The notes under the pieces: model-generated
Told to the model about the DNA's origin: nothing
The model's database searches: none
Seen by the model: only the letters and a program-made list of their open reading frames with translations
Assembly (NCBI RefSeq): GCF_000143415.4
Contig: NW_003314291.1
Coordinates: 1,592,517-1,656,516 of the forward strand
Reading direction: 5' to 3'
Length of the DNA: 64,000 nt
Source of the DNA: Selaginella moellendorffii
Taxonomy: Eukaryota > Plantae > Lycopodiophyta
Shown: one piece after another, positions 47,567 through 58,651 of the stretch
Layout of the letters: the number at the start of each line of letters is the position of its first letter
Position numbering within the stretch: position 1 is the stretch's first letter
Position numbers and translations under genes: made by a program

Positions 47567-50120
47567 TGTGGCTTGGCATTATAAGGAACCAACTCGCAGA
47601 GGTGTCGTAGGCTAAAGAATCCCCGAAAGCATGACCAAAATGATAAAGAGTTCATTGGATGGGACCGAGTTTGAGATTGAGTCCAAGACCGACTCTGAGA
47701 CCGAGTTTGAGATAGAGTCCGGAATTGAGTCCGAGGCCGACTTGGAGACCGTTCGAGACGGAGTCCGAGATCCGAAATCGGGTCCGAGACCGAGTCTGAG
47801 GTCGAGCCCGAGGTCGGGTCTGAGATCGGGACCGACATTGAGTCCTAGATCGAGTCCGAGACCGAATCTGAAGTCGGATCCGAGATCGAGCCAGAGACTG
47901 AGTCCGAGTACTAATACGGGTCAAGGGGTGAAAGCCCAAAGCGTGCGTCTCCCAGGGGGGGGGGGGGGGGGGGGGGCTGCAGGGGGTTCCAAAAGTATAG
48001 TAGGGATAGTGAGGTCCAGGAACCAGTTTTGAAGGAACTCTTTAGTAGGGCTTCCAAACTGACATGAGGTTGAGACTGGGACCGAGGGGCCTTGGGTGGG
48101 AGTGAGCATGGACTTGGTTGGTGCTGGAGGGGCCATCCAAGGAAGTGCTTAAGAGCAGCTCCCACTCCCGAAAGGGAAACCGACTGCGGTGCTCCCAGCT
48201 CATGTGGAGTGGTGCCCCACTTGAGTACCATGCGGCTCATTGGTCCTCGCCCTTCCTAGGGGCTTGGGCCTTCCCTTCGGGATGGAAGTCGGGGGGTAGA
48301 GGTACCCATACCGGGCTGTTAGGCCACGGTGTTTCGCCCCGGCGTCCCGAAGCAAGTGTTGCACCCAAGACTTGGGATTTAGAGGGTCCCATGATCAAGT
48401 CTTGTGGTACCAAGAGATGTTAGGAACCTGGAGGCTTGGTGTGCTTGGCTGCTTGTGCTTGCGGGGAGTGTAGCCGAACCTTAAGTTCAGTCTAACCCGG
48501 GGAGGGGGATTGGGAGAGATTTGGGAATCCGTGGATGGATGGCTAACACTCCACTGCTCGTGCAGTGAGTAGGTGAAACCAAGTAGAACCAAGTAGGAGC
48601 TGGTACCATAGGCGAGAACCTTGGCGAGGGAACTTAGCAAAAGCTAAGGCAATGTTGGACAGATAGACGAGTTAAACTGGCAAATTGGAAAGGAAAAATT
48701 TGTGGCTTACAATTTGGTATCGGAGCCTTTTCCTCAGTTCTAGCGAAGGATAGAGGCGGATTGCTGAGAGATGGCAAAAGCAGGGCGGAAGCGAACCAAG
48801 GTGGAGATGGAACCTCCTCTAGAGCTGGAGCCTCTGGTCGAACGAGAGGCTATGGATGAGGAATCCTTGCATGAGGAGGACTTCAGTGCTGAAACTTCCA
48901 AACAGGAGTCCGGTGGCTTGGTTCGGTCGTTCAAGGCTTGATTGGACGTTCTAGAAGGACAGTTGGCACAGACCAATGCCCTACTGGAGACTCTCATACG
49001 CAAGCTAAAAGCGTGACGAGAAGCGAAAGAAAAAGCAAAAGAAAAAGCGAAAGACTGCGGATGCTGGCAGCGCAAAAGGTGCGAACCCTGGAGTTTGTTC
49101 GCAATGGGCACCGACTTAGTGATGGAAGTACACTGGGGAGCTTGTGCAGTGGAATCACCTTGGAGGCGAGTGACCCATGAGGCAAGTGACCCATGAGCGA
49201 CGCCGGGTCATTGTGCTCAAGTTGGACCGCTTGGCTGTGACGACGTCGAGCTAGATCAACATGGTGTTCGTCCAGCTTGACATCATTGTGACCGAGTGGA
49301 GGAGTGGCGAGGCGAAGCAGGTGGCTTCAAGCTCCGCGGTGGAGTCACCTGGGAGGTGGACGGCCCAAGAGCAGCGCCGGGTGTTCGCGCTCATAGTTTC
49401 ACTAGTTTCTTCGAGAGTGCGCTCTCAATGTTGTTTTGATCCCTTTGGGATTGGGGTAATGTACATATATGTTTAGCAAAAGGTGCGAACCCTTCGGTAA
49501 GGACTAAGGCAGAACTAAACAAGGTCGAATAAACCGAAGTGGAATCAGTCCCTCAGGCAATTCCGAAGTACAAACCAAAGCCCCCACCGGTCTTCAAGGG
49601 AGTGAATGACTATAAGGTGGTGGAGGATTGGTTTTATGATATGGAGGACTACTTCCGAGCGTTGCAATTACCGAGCTCAGAGAAGGTCCCATGTGCAAAA
49701 CCATATCTGGCAGATAATGCCAAGTCTTGGTGGAGAACGACGGAGGCCAACGAAGGACCGGTGGCCACTTGGGACATGATGAAGGCAAGGATCTGCGCAA
49801 CTTACGTTTCTCCAAATGCTACTCTGCATCTAAGAGACGAGCTGAGTAGGCTGAAGCAAACTGGAACCATTCAGGAGTATGTGAATGGGTTTATGGCAAA
49901 GAGGATACTTGTCACGGACATGGGGGATATGGATGCGTTCCATGCCTTCATATCAGGTTTGCAAACTTGGGCTCGCGGTGAGGTGATGCGTTGGAACCCG
50001 ACCAACTACAAGGAAGCGTTGGATGCGGGCATCAAGGTGCATTTCAACGATAACCTACGAAAGGGGAACGCAATGGGGTCGGGGTTCACATTTAGCAAAG
50101 GGGCCAAACCAAGGGGAGAA
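47567..50120 (+). mobile_element. Family C Ty3/Gypsy element: 5' LTR (about 47567-48711), PBS and truncated gag
   Basis: The LTR ends TGTGGCTTACA. PBS TGGTATCGGAGC at 48715-48726. Gag reads KPPPVFKG...WFYDMEDYF...LADNAKSWW...LKQTGTIQEY (49539-50120). The left boundary is approximate. Confidence 0.8.
49090..49475 (+). mobile_element. Short insertion with 18-bp TSD, probably a 5'-truncated non-LTR retroposon
   Basis: GCAAAAGGTGCGAACCCT is duplicated at 49072-49089 and 49476-49493. The 3' end resembles that of 34301-34576. Confidence 0.65.
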
Positions 50121-53100
50121 TATGTCCTTCTGCTCTTCCTGCTCATTATCTTTCTCTGGCTCCTCATCCCCCTCTTGCATTTCTTCCATAGGCTGCTCAG
50201 GATGGATGGCTTGTTCTTCCAGGACCATCTTGGGAAAATCATCTGGCCGAGTCTCCATCTCAAAATACAAGACATCCATAGCCTATTTTAGTGCGTGACC
50301 TAGGACCGTATCCTCACCCGACTGTCTTAACATGGTTTCTGCACGTTCTTGCACCCTTCGAAGACGACGAGATGAGAAAAACGTGGCCCTGACTTGAAAA
50401 GCATCCCTCATCCATTGTACCTCTCCATTGAGATTCGGGAAGGGGAGTCCACCATAGGAATCTGAGTCAGGAGGTGGTGACTGGCTACTTTCACTCAGCC
50501 CTTGATCTGCAATGAATGGCATGAGCACACACGCCATAACCGCAAGGCATTACCTATCATCTTTTCGTTGCCCTTCTTCCTTTTCGAATCAAACGCCTCT
50601 GATCCCGACGACTGTCCAACATGCTTTCGCTTTTTATGACCATTGTCAGTTTGAGCTTGGCTGGTGCTTGCCTGTTTTGCCTTTGAAGAAGTGTCTCCTG
50701 CAAAGAATGGCATGAGACCACACGCCATTGCAAATATAATTTGTACCTCCTTTTTTCCTATTGCTTGTCTGTTTGTCCTTCTTCGACGCGCCACCAGTGC
50801 GCTTTTCAGTCCTCGTGTTTGAATATTCACAACGATCTATAATCAAAATGGCGTGAGGCCTCACGTGACCTTACCTTGTGCAGGTTGTGAGCTCGGCCCA
50901 ACATGGGTATCTTCAACAGTAGCTGTTAATGCCGTTTTAGCATCTGGGGGTGGCCACGCTCCTGCATACAGAGCTTGTGAGATAACATTTAAACTTAAAG
51001 TGCGTACTCACCAGGTTCGCAGAGAAGATACTGTTTTTCTTTGGCAACTGTAATTATATGCTTCATTGAAGTCACCTCTTCAATGGAGTTTGTCACCGCA
51101 ACACACGGGACACCCTTGAGTAGTGCGGCTCGAAAGAATAGTCCGCCGCAGTTGTACTCGACAACGCATTTGCCCTTGGAGTCGGAAGCAGGTGACCCAC
51201 CCGCTATTGTGTTGAAGACCCAGCTGAGCATTTCCCATGCTGCACCTGGAGCTTTCTCTGGATTCAAAAGCTCCATAGCCGTCTTTAGTTCCTCAGGCAC
51301 GGGTAAATTGACCTCCCTCAGATCAATTCGATCGGCCTTGTCGAAGAAAGCTGGGAAGTCACTCCAGTCCCACTCTGCTGCAAGACCAATAACAAGGGCG
51401 AGTGTGAAGATGCGGACATTCGTCGGTATCTTCTTCTTAGCCATTATCCCATGGATCTCCCGCATCTCCTTGCCTTTCAACCGACCCTTCACCTCGTTCA
51501 AGGCCTTCCAGAACTTGTGATAGAATTCGGAGTCGTAGATCATATAGTGGACTGAAGATTCCACCTCCGCACGTCCCACCATTAAGTCAATGATGGAGCT
51601 GACTTCGTCTGCATGAGTGATCTCCTCATTTGTGAAGTCCATCACACAAAAGATGTTCTTGACCTACTCATCTCCGCGGGAAACGATGCTCCTCCACCTT
51701 TGATCCTCATCCGAATTCATGTACGGTAAGGTTCTCGATAGGCTTTTACTGCGGGGTCAAGCTGTTTCTGAAGCCGGCGGTCGACATCCCTCTTAATGAA
51801 ATTTGGATACTGATCCAACTTCTCAGCTTTACTTTTCGTGGCATCCCGCAGCAGATCGATGAACTTGGGGGCCCCCTTCACATACTCGTCGATGTCTTCA
51901 TTTGACAACTTCAGCTCTTCCATCAACTCCCCGTCATGGTACCTCCTCAGCACATCTACCCATTTGTCAAAAACAACTTTTGTCGCGAGTAGAATGTTAT
52001 GGATGCTGAGTGTGTCATTGACCCCCAGTGTTTTCGAGAGAAGACTCGAGAATTCCTGCAATGGAAATGGCGTGAGGCCACATGCTATGCCACATGCAAC
52101 AAGGCTTACCTGCCAGGCGCTAGTTGTTAGTGCACGTCCTTGTCCTGGTTTTTGTGGCTTCTTCAGTTGAACCCAGAGCTTCCGTGTTCGTGCCAATGTC
52201 TCGTGCAGACCCGATTTGTAGCACGTTTCTTGCTTGACATTCTGCGCATGGGAGATGTATATGATAGATCGGAGGGGCGAGTTGCCTTTTATCAGGCGGA
52301 CAACTCTTGTCTTGAAGACTTTCTTCACCTCCTCGCCCACCATAATATCCACAACTATCTGTTGCATCGCCAAGCTAGAATGCTGCCCGGAGACGGCATA
52401 GAACCGGATGTTCTGATCGTCCAACACCTTCCTATTGATCAAGTCTGGAAACCTCGTCTCGCCCTTCATTGTTCGGTAGTAGGGGATCACGTCTGCGATG
52501 TCGGGTGTTACTGGACTTGCCAGCATCTTCTGCTTCAGTTTCTCCACCCACTCATCAGATACTAGCCTGTGGTTGTATTTGCTTTGGATCTCGATACGGC
52601 TCACGTCGATTGTATATACTTTGTTGGAATAGTAACAAGTACTATTATCTGCGACGATTTTTGCTGCCTCTTCTTGCTCTTTCTGCTCTTTGCGGCTCTT
52701 CTTTTTGGTGGGTGTAGTGTTCGAACCCGAGGCAATGGCATCACCGAGTAGCTTCTTTTTTGGAGCAGCAGAGTCGGACGTCGGCTTGAGCTTGACCACC
52801 CTTTTCTGCTTCGGGGTAGTTTCCAGATCGACCCCCTTCCCCTTCGCTTTGCAAACTGGAGGCACTCTCAACGGCTCAATGTTGGAATATAGTTTTTGAA
52901 CATCGCCGTAGGTGAGGTCCGTGGATTCCATGTGATCTTCATAGACCCGCAGCGTCTTTGAAATTGTGGGCCTCCTGGACAACCTCTCCCTAGCTCCCTC
53001 TAGGAATTCCTCATAGCCGCTGCCCCCCTCCGGGAAGCCGCTAGGATGTGCAAGGTGGATCTTGAAGGCGGACGCTGTCTCTACCACAAGTGCCAGTCCA

Positions 53101-53530
53101 TATTCTTGCATGGAACTGCATGGAGTGTCTGTCACTTGGATGAGGATCCCCATGCATTCTTTTCTCCCACCATCTGTGTTGTACAGCATCAGATCCTCGC
53201 CTTCCATCCCGAAAGTCCAACTGGTGAGCTCCTCCCCCTTCTCTGCATCCACATTGACAGTGGCTGGAAGAAGAACGCAATTCCTCGCCTGTTCAGAAAT
53301 GCACAACAATTAGAGCTGACAGATGAAAAGCTAGCAGCTGGAAATAACGTGAGGCCACACGCCATTCACCACTGCATCAGATGTCTTGAGGCTACATCCT
53401 AAGATGGCGTGAGGCTACACGCCATCTGTAACCGGACTGCACTTGAGAGCCCAATCGGTGCATGCCAATGTTGCTACTGAATGGCATGTGGCCTCATGCC
53501 ATTTTCTACTTGGCCTAAAAGACTTACCAT
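50121..53530 (-). pseudogene. Spliced cargo gene: ParB/Srx-like domain, degenerate methyltransferase-like fold and acidic low-complexity tail
   Basis: ATG at 53528-53530. GT-AG introns at 53289-53527, 52056-52109, about 50961-51011, 50837-50874, 50698-50746 and 50507-50553 join the listed ORFs in frame. Motifs TIDVSRI..YNHRLVS.EWVEKLKQKM...FYAVSGQHSSLA and NPEKAP...KCVVEYNCGGLFFRAALLKGVPCVAV. One frameshift near 51720 and two stops. Confidence 0.6.
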
Positions 53531-54266
53531 TTGAAGCCGAATGGAGGCGTGACAATCGAGGCCAGACTCGCTGGCGAATGTGCACTGTGTGTGCAGCGGA
53601 TCGTAGCAGCAAGGCTACTCTGCCACTTACAGTTGGAGAGTGGCGCTGAAATCTCCCGGGATGCCAAGTGGGCTGCGTGTGGGTGGCGGAGTGGGCGGCG
53701 GAGTGGGCGGCGGAGTTGGCGGCGAAGTTACAAACTGGGTGTGTCTTGAAGTGGACGCCGATGCACACGAGCGTGATGCGAGCGCGAGTGTGATGCAAGC
53801 GCGAGTGGACGCCAATGCACACAAGAAACCTGACACGTGCGAGATTTTTTTGAGTTTTCTGGAGATCCAACCGTTAGATCGCAACTAGATTTTACAGAAT
53901 GGTATACAATGTCTTTCTTGATGACCCTGCAAAGAAGCATCTCGATCGAACACCACATGAGACCACACGAGCCTTACAATGTTTCAGGGGCATTTGCCAT
54001 AGATCCGACTGTTATTTTGCTCCAAGATTTTACAGTTTGGTGTGCATTGACCTTTCCATCGACACTGCAAAGGGACATCACAATCAGATGCGGGATCACA
54101 AGAAACTAACTTCACTAACTCTGGTTTCACCAAGATCTACGTAAGGAGTTATGAAATGAAAAGACCCTCTCTATTGAAATGTGTTTATGGTCCTAGGGGC
54201 ATTGTGACATATCAAAGGATTTTGCATCAAGTTCTGTATTTGCATGTTTATCAAGCTATTGAATTG

Positions 54267-54292
54267 CTAAACCCTAAACCCTAAACCCTAAA
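54267..54292. repeat. Short plant telomere-type repeat (CCCTAAA)3, telo-box-like
   Basis: CTAAACCCTAAACCCTAAACCCTAAA. Confidence 0.85.
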
Positions 54293-55412
54293 TATGTGGC
54301 AAATGCTGCGTGAAGAAAGATGCCCTTTCTGGGCAAATGCTGTAAGAGGCAGATGCCGAGCAGATGTATCTCAGGCTAGCAAAGGGGACAAACGAAAGTT
54401 AGCTATAAACATGACGGGATGTAAATAGATTACTAGGCTGGTCCTGCGAAAATCAAAAACCATAATTGAAACATTGAAAATGCAAAAAGAAAGGTTTATA
54501 ATATTTTTGAATTTTAAGCAACCAAAGGAATGTAAGTAGGGCATGTGTTTGTAAGTTTAAAAATGCCTCAACCACTTAAATTCCCAAGTAAATAAAGCTG
54601 TTTCTATTTTTGGTACAGGTAAACTTTATAGCGTGTGGGCTCATGCAATTTTGAACCCAAAAATGCACCAAAAAATGCTCGACTAGCATTATTCTTTGAA
54701 TGGCGTGTGGCCTTATATTGCCATAAATGGACGTACACACACAGCATAATTATTCCTTTACACGGCGAATAATCTTGGCGCGGATCGCTGACATGGCATG
54801 GCAAAGTTCGAATCACTGACATGGCACAGCTGGATCGAGGCAAGGACATGATGTGACAAAGTTCAACCTCCGACAGCAAAGTCTAGAAGCTACTCAGTTT
54901 GAAATTTGTCAGAGGAATCATAAGATCTGGTTTGTCAGAGGATTTGATGTGACGTTCAAGCGTGTGTTATTTTTGAATTCTCGAACTCATTCCTAGGTCT
55001 ATCATTTTTGTGCGCCGTGTTCTTGGTTCCGCTGAGCGCAGTGAGCGCTGCTTGTGTAAGCAGCGTTGTGGGCTGTGGTTTATGCGTCTACGAGCGGTTG
55101 CGGCATTGCGAGCGCCATTGCGAGCGGCAGTTTATGCGAGTGGCAGTTTGTGCGAGCGGCGCTACGAGCAGTTACGGTGTTGCGAGCGGCACTACGAGTA
55201 GTTGCGGTGTTGCGAGCGGCACTGTCTTTGGTGTGGCTACCGCTTCCTCTTGATATTCGGCACTTGTGCTTCCTGGTATGTTCACCATGGAATGGCTTAG
55301 GACCACATTTAGAAATGGCATGAGGCCACATGCCATCTTGGGCCCTTGCAATTTCATGGCTAGCGTATTGTCATGTATGTTTTTACTTGCCTGCAGCTGT
55401 GTGTATATCAAG

Positions 55413-55595
55413 ATGGCATGAGGCCTCATGCCATCTTTGGCCCCTGCTAGCCTATTGCCATATTCCTTTTGCCTTGCTGCAACTGTATATATTTTTGTAT
55501 GGGTGACTAGTCACGCACACAAAAATATATACAAAGCAAAAGGAATATAGCAATAGGCTAGCAGGGGCCAAAGATAGCGTGAGGTCTCATGCCAT
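55413..55595. repeat. Fold-back inverted repeat of about 180 bp
   Basis: Arms ..CTTTGGCCCCTGCTAGCCTATTGC..TGTATATATTTTTGT.. and ..ACAAAAATATATACA..GCAATAGGCTAGCAGGGGCCAAAG.. surround the centre GTGACTAGTCAC. Confidence 0.9.
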
Positions 55596-55783
55596 TAGTG
55601 GCACCACTAATGGCATGAGGGCTCATGCCAATTTTATGAGTGCGAAATTTCACGTGGGTGTCAATAGCATGTTTGAATAATGGCATGTGGCCTCATGCTA
55701 TTGAGGTTGTTTGGTATGTTATGATTTAGGCCATTCTCCAATCATTTTTTATATGGTCTTAACTTCTTTTCTGCACTTTTAGA

Positions 55784-58651
55784 ATGGCCTCCGCAAGTGC
55801 GACGCATGTTCCCTCCGTGGATCTTAAGAACCGTGCTACATGGATTCAGGCAAAGGTGTTTCTAAACAACCCCGAAGGGGAGGTGGTAGCTGAGGGCTTA
55901 GCCACAGTTGTCGATCCAAGAGATGCGGTTGCTAATCAAGAATTGGGCTGGGATGATATTGGAGTTGCGATTTTAGAGGTTGTTAACACAGAAGAAAATA
56001 GTCTAACTATTGGAAGCATTGTGCGGTGGAAATTGAGGCACTTAGTGTTTGAGAATGTGAAGGATTCACAATCAAACACCACTACAACTGATGACAGAAC
56101 ATCTCTTCATGGGAAAAGAAAGTACACCTTCCTAAAGCGCAGCCAAAGGGATCTGAGCAACGAACCGAAAAAGCAGAAAATGGCGATGGAGGTTCAAATG
56201 GTCTCGACAGTTGCTTGTTGCAAGAGGAGGTGCTGTCAACATGTTGATTGGGATGCTATTGAAGAGGAGAGAGCAAGATACAAGACATTGTCCTGGAAGG
56301 CAGCTTGCAATTTTGTGTATGAGGCATTACGGTCATCTGTTGATGCTTCAGAACATCAGGTGGGGGGCATGGTCTTCCAGAGGGGTTTGGTCTGCATGAA
56401 GGCATGGAGAATCATTTATGGAGTCCCTCGAACCACATTTTACAGAATCAAAACTGAGTTCGAGGAACAAAGGGTTAAACAGACAGTCCATAGGAACGAC
56501 GGTACTCACAAAACCAGGGGTCATGTTGTATATGGAGAGGCAATCTTCAAGAGGTTTGTCGAGACATGTAGTGAGCAACAACCACATAAAACCCGCCTCT
56601 TGGAAGATGGAACTTGAGACACCCAACGAGTTCTCCCTTCCATGTATACCAAGGGGGCCATATTGGAAGATGTGAATCGGGATCTCCAGAGTAATAGCTA
56701 CAGGAAGCTGAGCCAATCTAGATTTAGTAGATTGTGGAGCAACATGTTCAGGGATGTGAGTATAGGAAAGTACTCCAGCTTTTCAAAGTGTGACGAGTGC
56801 ACTGCTATCAAAATGGCTTTGTCGAAGAATTCTTGCATCGCTCAAGAGCGAGAGACGTTGGTTAGAAGGCGGCTCGACCACAACATCGAGCAGAGAAGCT
56901 GCAGGACTGCATATTATCATAACAAGATTCTCTCCATGGAGAGACCTGACTCTTACCTCTGCATCATCCACGACAAAATGGACTAGAAAAAGACGTGTTT
57001 ACCTCGACTCAATCCTGCCCCCAAGGCAATCTCTTCATCCATGTAGCTGCATGTGTCTCTGTTTGGCATAATCGCTCATGGGCATGGTGCCCAGAACTAT
57101 GGGAACTTCTTTGTACCTCTATGGGGTGGCGGGGGTGCAAACATAATGATTGCGTCCCTAGCAAAACACTTAAGGTCTCTACAAAGTGCGCAGACTGAGC
57201 TGAACGGCCAACCCTTGCATAAGGCCCTTGTCGATCGAACCCCATACAGGGTTCAGCTGGAGGAGGAGCAAAGGCTTGCAGTATCGCGTGGGGCCCCATG
57301 CCATCCCAGTGAATATATTGGCCGTCAGATTGTAGGGTTATCACGTGAGGCCTCATGCCATTCCGACGAGGCTGGTCGCCCGGTGAATGCACAGCCTCAT
57401 CCAAACGAAGCAGAATCTCAAGGAAGTTCTTGCGGCTGATGTGGCCTTCCACCCCATCTTCTGCTCCAAACAGACAATGCTGGCAGTGAGAACAAAAACA
57501 TGTACGTCTTCGCGTACTTGGCGATGCTTGTTGCCAAAGGCATATTTGAAACGGTTACACTTGGCTTTCTCATGGTTGGGCACACTCATGAAGATGTCGA
57601 TGCCATGTTCAGTCACCTGGCAGAGTCCCTCCGGCGATCTAATGTCCTCACCCTCCCACAACTCTACGATGAATTCCAAAATTGCATCAAAGGCACTGTT
57701 GAAGCTGCACTTGTGACAGAGGTTCCAGACTTTAAGGGGTTTGTAAGAGGCTACATCAGGGACGGATCCGAAACGCTGATTGGCCACTCCAAACCTCTTC
57801 AGTTTCATTTCAGCATGTGTGACGGTGCTCCAGTGATGAGGTACAAGATGAGAGAATGGGACACAGTGTGGCTGGCAGTGGACAGCATTGAACTCTTCAA
57901 GAGAGATCCCATAACTGGGGAACCTATGATTCCTTAGGGTTCCCCACGGCCGATGCACCCGGATGGACTCAAAGACCAGGAAAGTATAGTGGCCGGGATT
58001 AGATAGCATATTGCCTTCTGGAAGAGGGGGTTGGTGTTTGGTGGAGAATCCTATTTTCAGAGGTGCAAGCCTTTGCTCGAATACTGGGAGAAGATTATAT
58101 CTGCTATCCAAAATGGGCCGGTTGTATATGAAGAATTGGAAGAGTCCTTTTGGCCAGAACCCAGAGCACCAGATAGTAGCGGAACAATGTCCTCTGGAAA
58201 TGCAGTGACAGATAATGATGTTGAGGATCACTATTGTGGGCCGAGGAACAAGAAGCCGGATTCAGCATTCAATCCAGTACAGGTCTGCAAAGGAATGGTC
58301 GTGCTTGTCAGACCCAGTAATAAAAAACAAATGATATGGGTGGGGCGCTGCATCACTGATGCAGAGGAGGACACGGAAACTAACTCCTTCAATGTAACTG
58401 TGGAGTGGTTCAAGCCAAGTTCCGGATATACGAACGATTGCCTAGAAAAGAGATGGGTGCTGAATCCAAGGGATCCCAGCATGAGCATATCGGTGGATAA
58501 TGTTGTGCATGGTTGGATTCGGAAGCAGAGTGCCACCATCACCTTGCCAGACCATGCAAAAGATGCAGCAAGAGCATTCATAACCCGGGTTCAAGGTGAG
58601 ATTCATGAATATTCCTTTACTAAGTTTCTAATGTATTTTATTTCAAGGTGA
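55784..58651 (+). pseudogene. Sola-like (GHTHEDxD-type) DDD transposase with an N-terminal Tnp1/En/Spm-like module
   Basis: Five listed ORFs share one frame with six TGA/TAG stops and no frameshift. Motifs CCKRRCC, VCMKAWRIIYGV, FSKCDEC, IIHDKMD, LQTDNAGSENKN and FLMVGHTHEDVDAMFS. Confidence 0.75.

Noticed and set aside
47955-47977. Long G run as a functional G-quadruplex
   Set aside because: It is an expansion of a short G tract present in related LTRs, and homopolymer length is unreliable.
50121-50291. Hydrophobic C-terminus of the 49539-50291 gag ORF as an env-like transmembrane region
   Set aside because: It is read-through into the antisense strand of the cargo gene's acidic tail after a deletion junction near 50120.
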